Shown: one piece after another, positions 61,520 to 64,000 of the stretch
Numbering within the stretch: position 1 is the first letter of the stretch
Layout of the letters: every line of letters starts with the position of its first letter
Assembly: GCA_023920165.1 (NCBI GenBank)
Contig: CP089280.1
Coordinates: 372,001 to 436,000, forward strand
Direction: 5' to 3'
Source of the DNA: Curvularia clavata
Taxonomy: Eukaryota
DNA: 64,000 bases
Position numbers and translations under genes: made by a program
Notes under the pieces: model-generated
The model's input: only the letters and a program-made list of their open reading frames with translations
Database searches by the model: none
What the model was told of the DNA's origin: nothing

Positions 61520-62641
61520 ATGTCTGTCAAGTCAGTACTCCTCTCCTCGCTTTCTCTCCCTCTCCCTTGCCCTCTCTGTCGCTCTTCTCCCCGTCTTGCT
61601 GCTGCCGTTGCGTGCCCCTCTTTCCCCACGGCCTCACTCGCAGTCTAGAACAGCGTGTACCCCAGGCACACAAGACGCTTCGCAGCACCGCACCATGGGC
61701 TTCAGATCCGAGAAGACGGACAAGGCGATGAAGAAGACAAAGTCTAACCGCAAGTCCAGTTGGGTAATGCTTGCTGAAAATGGCGGCTACACTCCGCTGC
61801 CCGGCGAGCAAACGCTGTATCAGTCTCCTCCTCGCACCGCGCTATCATTGCAGACGAGCAACCGACACCCTCCAAGCGCCTCGTATTCACAGCAATGCAA
61901 GTCGGGCGTTGTCTTCCTCACCAACCGACGAGTACGATACATCCGCCACCATAAAGTCTACGCGGCACCGACCAGAGCTGACCTTCTCGATAGATCATCT
62001 ACCTGCCCGTGTCCCCAACACCACAGCTACAGTCCTTCGCCGTCCCCATTCTCAATGTAGCCGACTCCCGCGTAACAGCGCCATGGTTCGGCGCAAACAA
62101 ATGGGAAGCCATGATTCAGCCCGTCCAAGGTGGCGGTATACCACCACAGCATTCTGAGCTTGACCTTGTTCTGGAATTCAAAGAAGGCGGCGCGTTCGAT
62201 TTCGCAAGCATATTCGAGAGACTAAAGGAACGGCTGCGGCAGGCCATCGAGATAGCACGGGAGAGTGGTAGCGGTGGTGATGTGCAAGATGGGACCAGAG
62301 GCGTTGGAGGTATAAACATCGACAACGTGCACTTGGAAGATCTACCAGCCTACGAAGAGAGCCGGCAACACGCTAGGGTACCTGATCCGTTACCTAGCCC
62401 ACCCATGGACAACTCTGCGCCCGACAGTGTGGGTGTTGGCAGACCCGTTGTTGCGGCACCAGAACCCGCTAGCCCACAAGCATCAAGCTCACTGTCAAGC
62501 CCGCGGACACAGCAAGACCACTTCGAGCCGCCCTCAGATCCACCGCCAGGTTATGAGGAGGTGCAGAGGAATAGCATTGTGGATGAGCTCGAGAGACAGG
62601 TCAGAGATAATCCATGGCAGGATAGAGAGGATAAGCGATGA
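61520..62641 (+). CDS. WW-domain-binding protein 2-like (GRAM/PH-like domain plus PY motifs); introns 61531-61759, 61932-61993
   Basis: Spliced N-terminus MSVNWVML; GVVFLTNRR|IIYLP, APWFGANKW, LEFKEGGAFDF; LPAY and PPPGY motifs. Confidence 0.88.
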
Positions 62642-63235
62642 AATCGGGCTTTTTTTTTATTCTTCATGTGCCAGAAAATGGCTATGTTTGAGCAGGGCGT
62701 TCCGGGGAATCAGCTTCACATGGCTGGGGTGAAACATCACAAACTTTCATGTATCATTCAACTTGACTTCATTAGGTTCAAGAATCACACACACAGCTGG
62801 CTTCGGTCGCTGGCTTCTAGCAATGACATGTATCCTGCCCAAGTCGAAAGCCCACCTGTATCAGCACTCCAGCCTGACGATGATGCGCAGTTCAAGCGCA
62901 TGACAGACCACGCGTCGCTGACTGACATGTGAAGCATGCCTTGACCGCCCGTCCTTCAGCCTCTTTCCCTGTCTAAGCATGTGAAAGCTAACTTCCCCGG
63001 AAGCATGACGACCCCCGCAAACACACTAACCCAAAGTGGTACTTACCTCGGCGATTTTGAGGCGAATGACCTAATTGCCTTAAGCCGACGCGAGGATGCT
63101 ATTCACAGGCTTCTTTCTCCCTCTTCTTCTTCTCTCTCCCCTAAACTCTCTTTCCCTCCTTCTTAAGCTTTTCGCATCCCCCATCATCTCTTGACGCATA
63201 CCCATCTTGTCTTGATATCGTCTTCTAGCGTCAAC

Positions 63236-64000
63236 ATGGCAAACCAATCCCCCAACAAAGGTATGTTAGGGTGTACAAAGACACAATCATGACACAGTAT
63301 GCTGACGATGCTGGCAAATAGTACAGGAGCGCCTTACGCAGGTCGAAGGCCACCTCCGGGGTGGTGCTGGAAGCTCTGGTGCATCCAAGGGAAGGCAGAG
63401 CCTGCTTGAGAAGAGGCCCGATGATGTGAGTGTTAGACTGTGTTTTAGAATAATGGGACGAAAAACATCAGCCATGATTTGTATGCTGACGGGACGGTTT
63501 CACAGGTCGTCGTAACCTGCGCGCTTCGCACAGCCTTCACAAAGGGTGGCAAGGGTGGTTTCAAAGACACACAAGCAGCTGACCTCCTCCACGGCGCTTA
63601 CAAAGCCCTCATTGAGCGCTCTGGCATCGACCCCAAGCTCGTCGAAGACATCGCCGTCGGTGCTGTCCTCGCTCCAGGTGGCGGCGCAACCGAGTTCCGT
63701 GCCGCCGCCCTTGCTGCTGGCTTCCCTACTACGACTGCTGTTAAGAGCTTGAACAGGCAATGCTCGTCCGGTCTCCAGGCATGCGTCGACATCGCCAACG
63801 CCATCAAGTCGGGCATGATTGAGGTCGGTATCGGCGCCGGCGCGGAGACCATGAGCTTGCAATACGGACCCGGTGCCGTTACCGAGTTCTCTGACCTTCT
63901 CGAGAGCCACAAGGAAGCCGCAAACTGCAAGGTGCCCATGGGTGTGCTATCCGAGCAGATGGCAAAGGACAAGGGCATCTCACGAGCAGACCAGGACGCC
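63236..64000 (+). CDS. POT1: Peroxisomal 3-ketoacyl-CoA thiolase (3' end beyond the window); introns 63261-63321, 63426-63505
   Basis: PTS2 RLTQVEGHL; PDD|VVVTCALRTAFTKGGKGGFKD, catalytic NRQCSSGL, GIGAGAETM. Confidence 0.93.

Overview
Gene-dense, intron-containing DNA from a filamentous ascomycete. Introns are mostly 45-80 nt GT-AG with CTRAC/CTAAY branch points; a Dothideomycete/Pleosporales origin is my inference from protein style. I reconstructed 22 spliced protein-coding genes by hand: CDC4 (5' partial), ETP1/BRAP2, a GBD/FH3-only protein, a secreted mucin with a Cys-rich tip, GPI18, eL8/RPL8, an ornithine cyclodeaminase-like protein, BLM10, PSF3, a CP-motif hypothetical, RER2, an F-box-like hypothetical, an S10 peptidase, RTF1, COQ7, a CE16-like esterase, OSH3, a ~2300-aa NACHT-TPR protein, a class II aldolase, a histidine phosphatase, a WBP2-like protein and POT1 thiolase (3' partial). 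There is also one broken orphan with a 39-bp tandem repeat. No transposon, tRNA or rRNA was seen. The most interesting signals lie in the few unusually long introns: a box C/D snoRNA with 11-nt complementarity to 18S rRNA, a candidate H/ACA snoRNA in the PSF3 leader intron, a multi-stem structure in the RPL8 leader intron, and two first introns (RTF1, WBP2-like) holding CT-rich tracts plus in-frame CACCATGG starts. All calls come from reading the sequence; no database searches were run.
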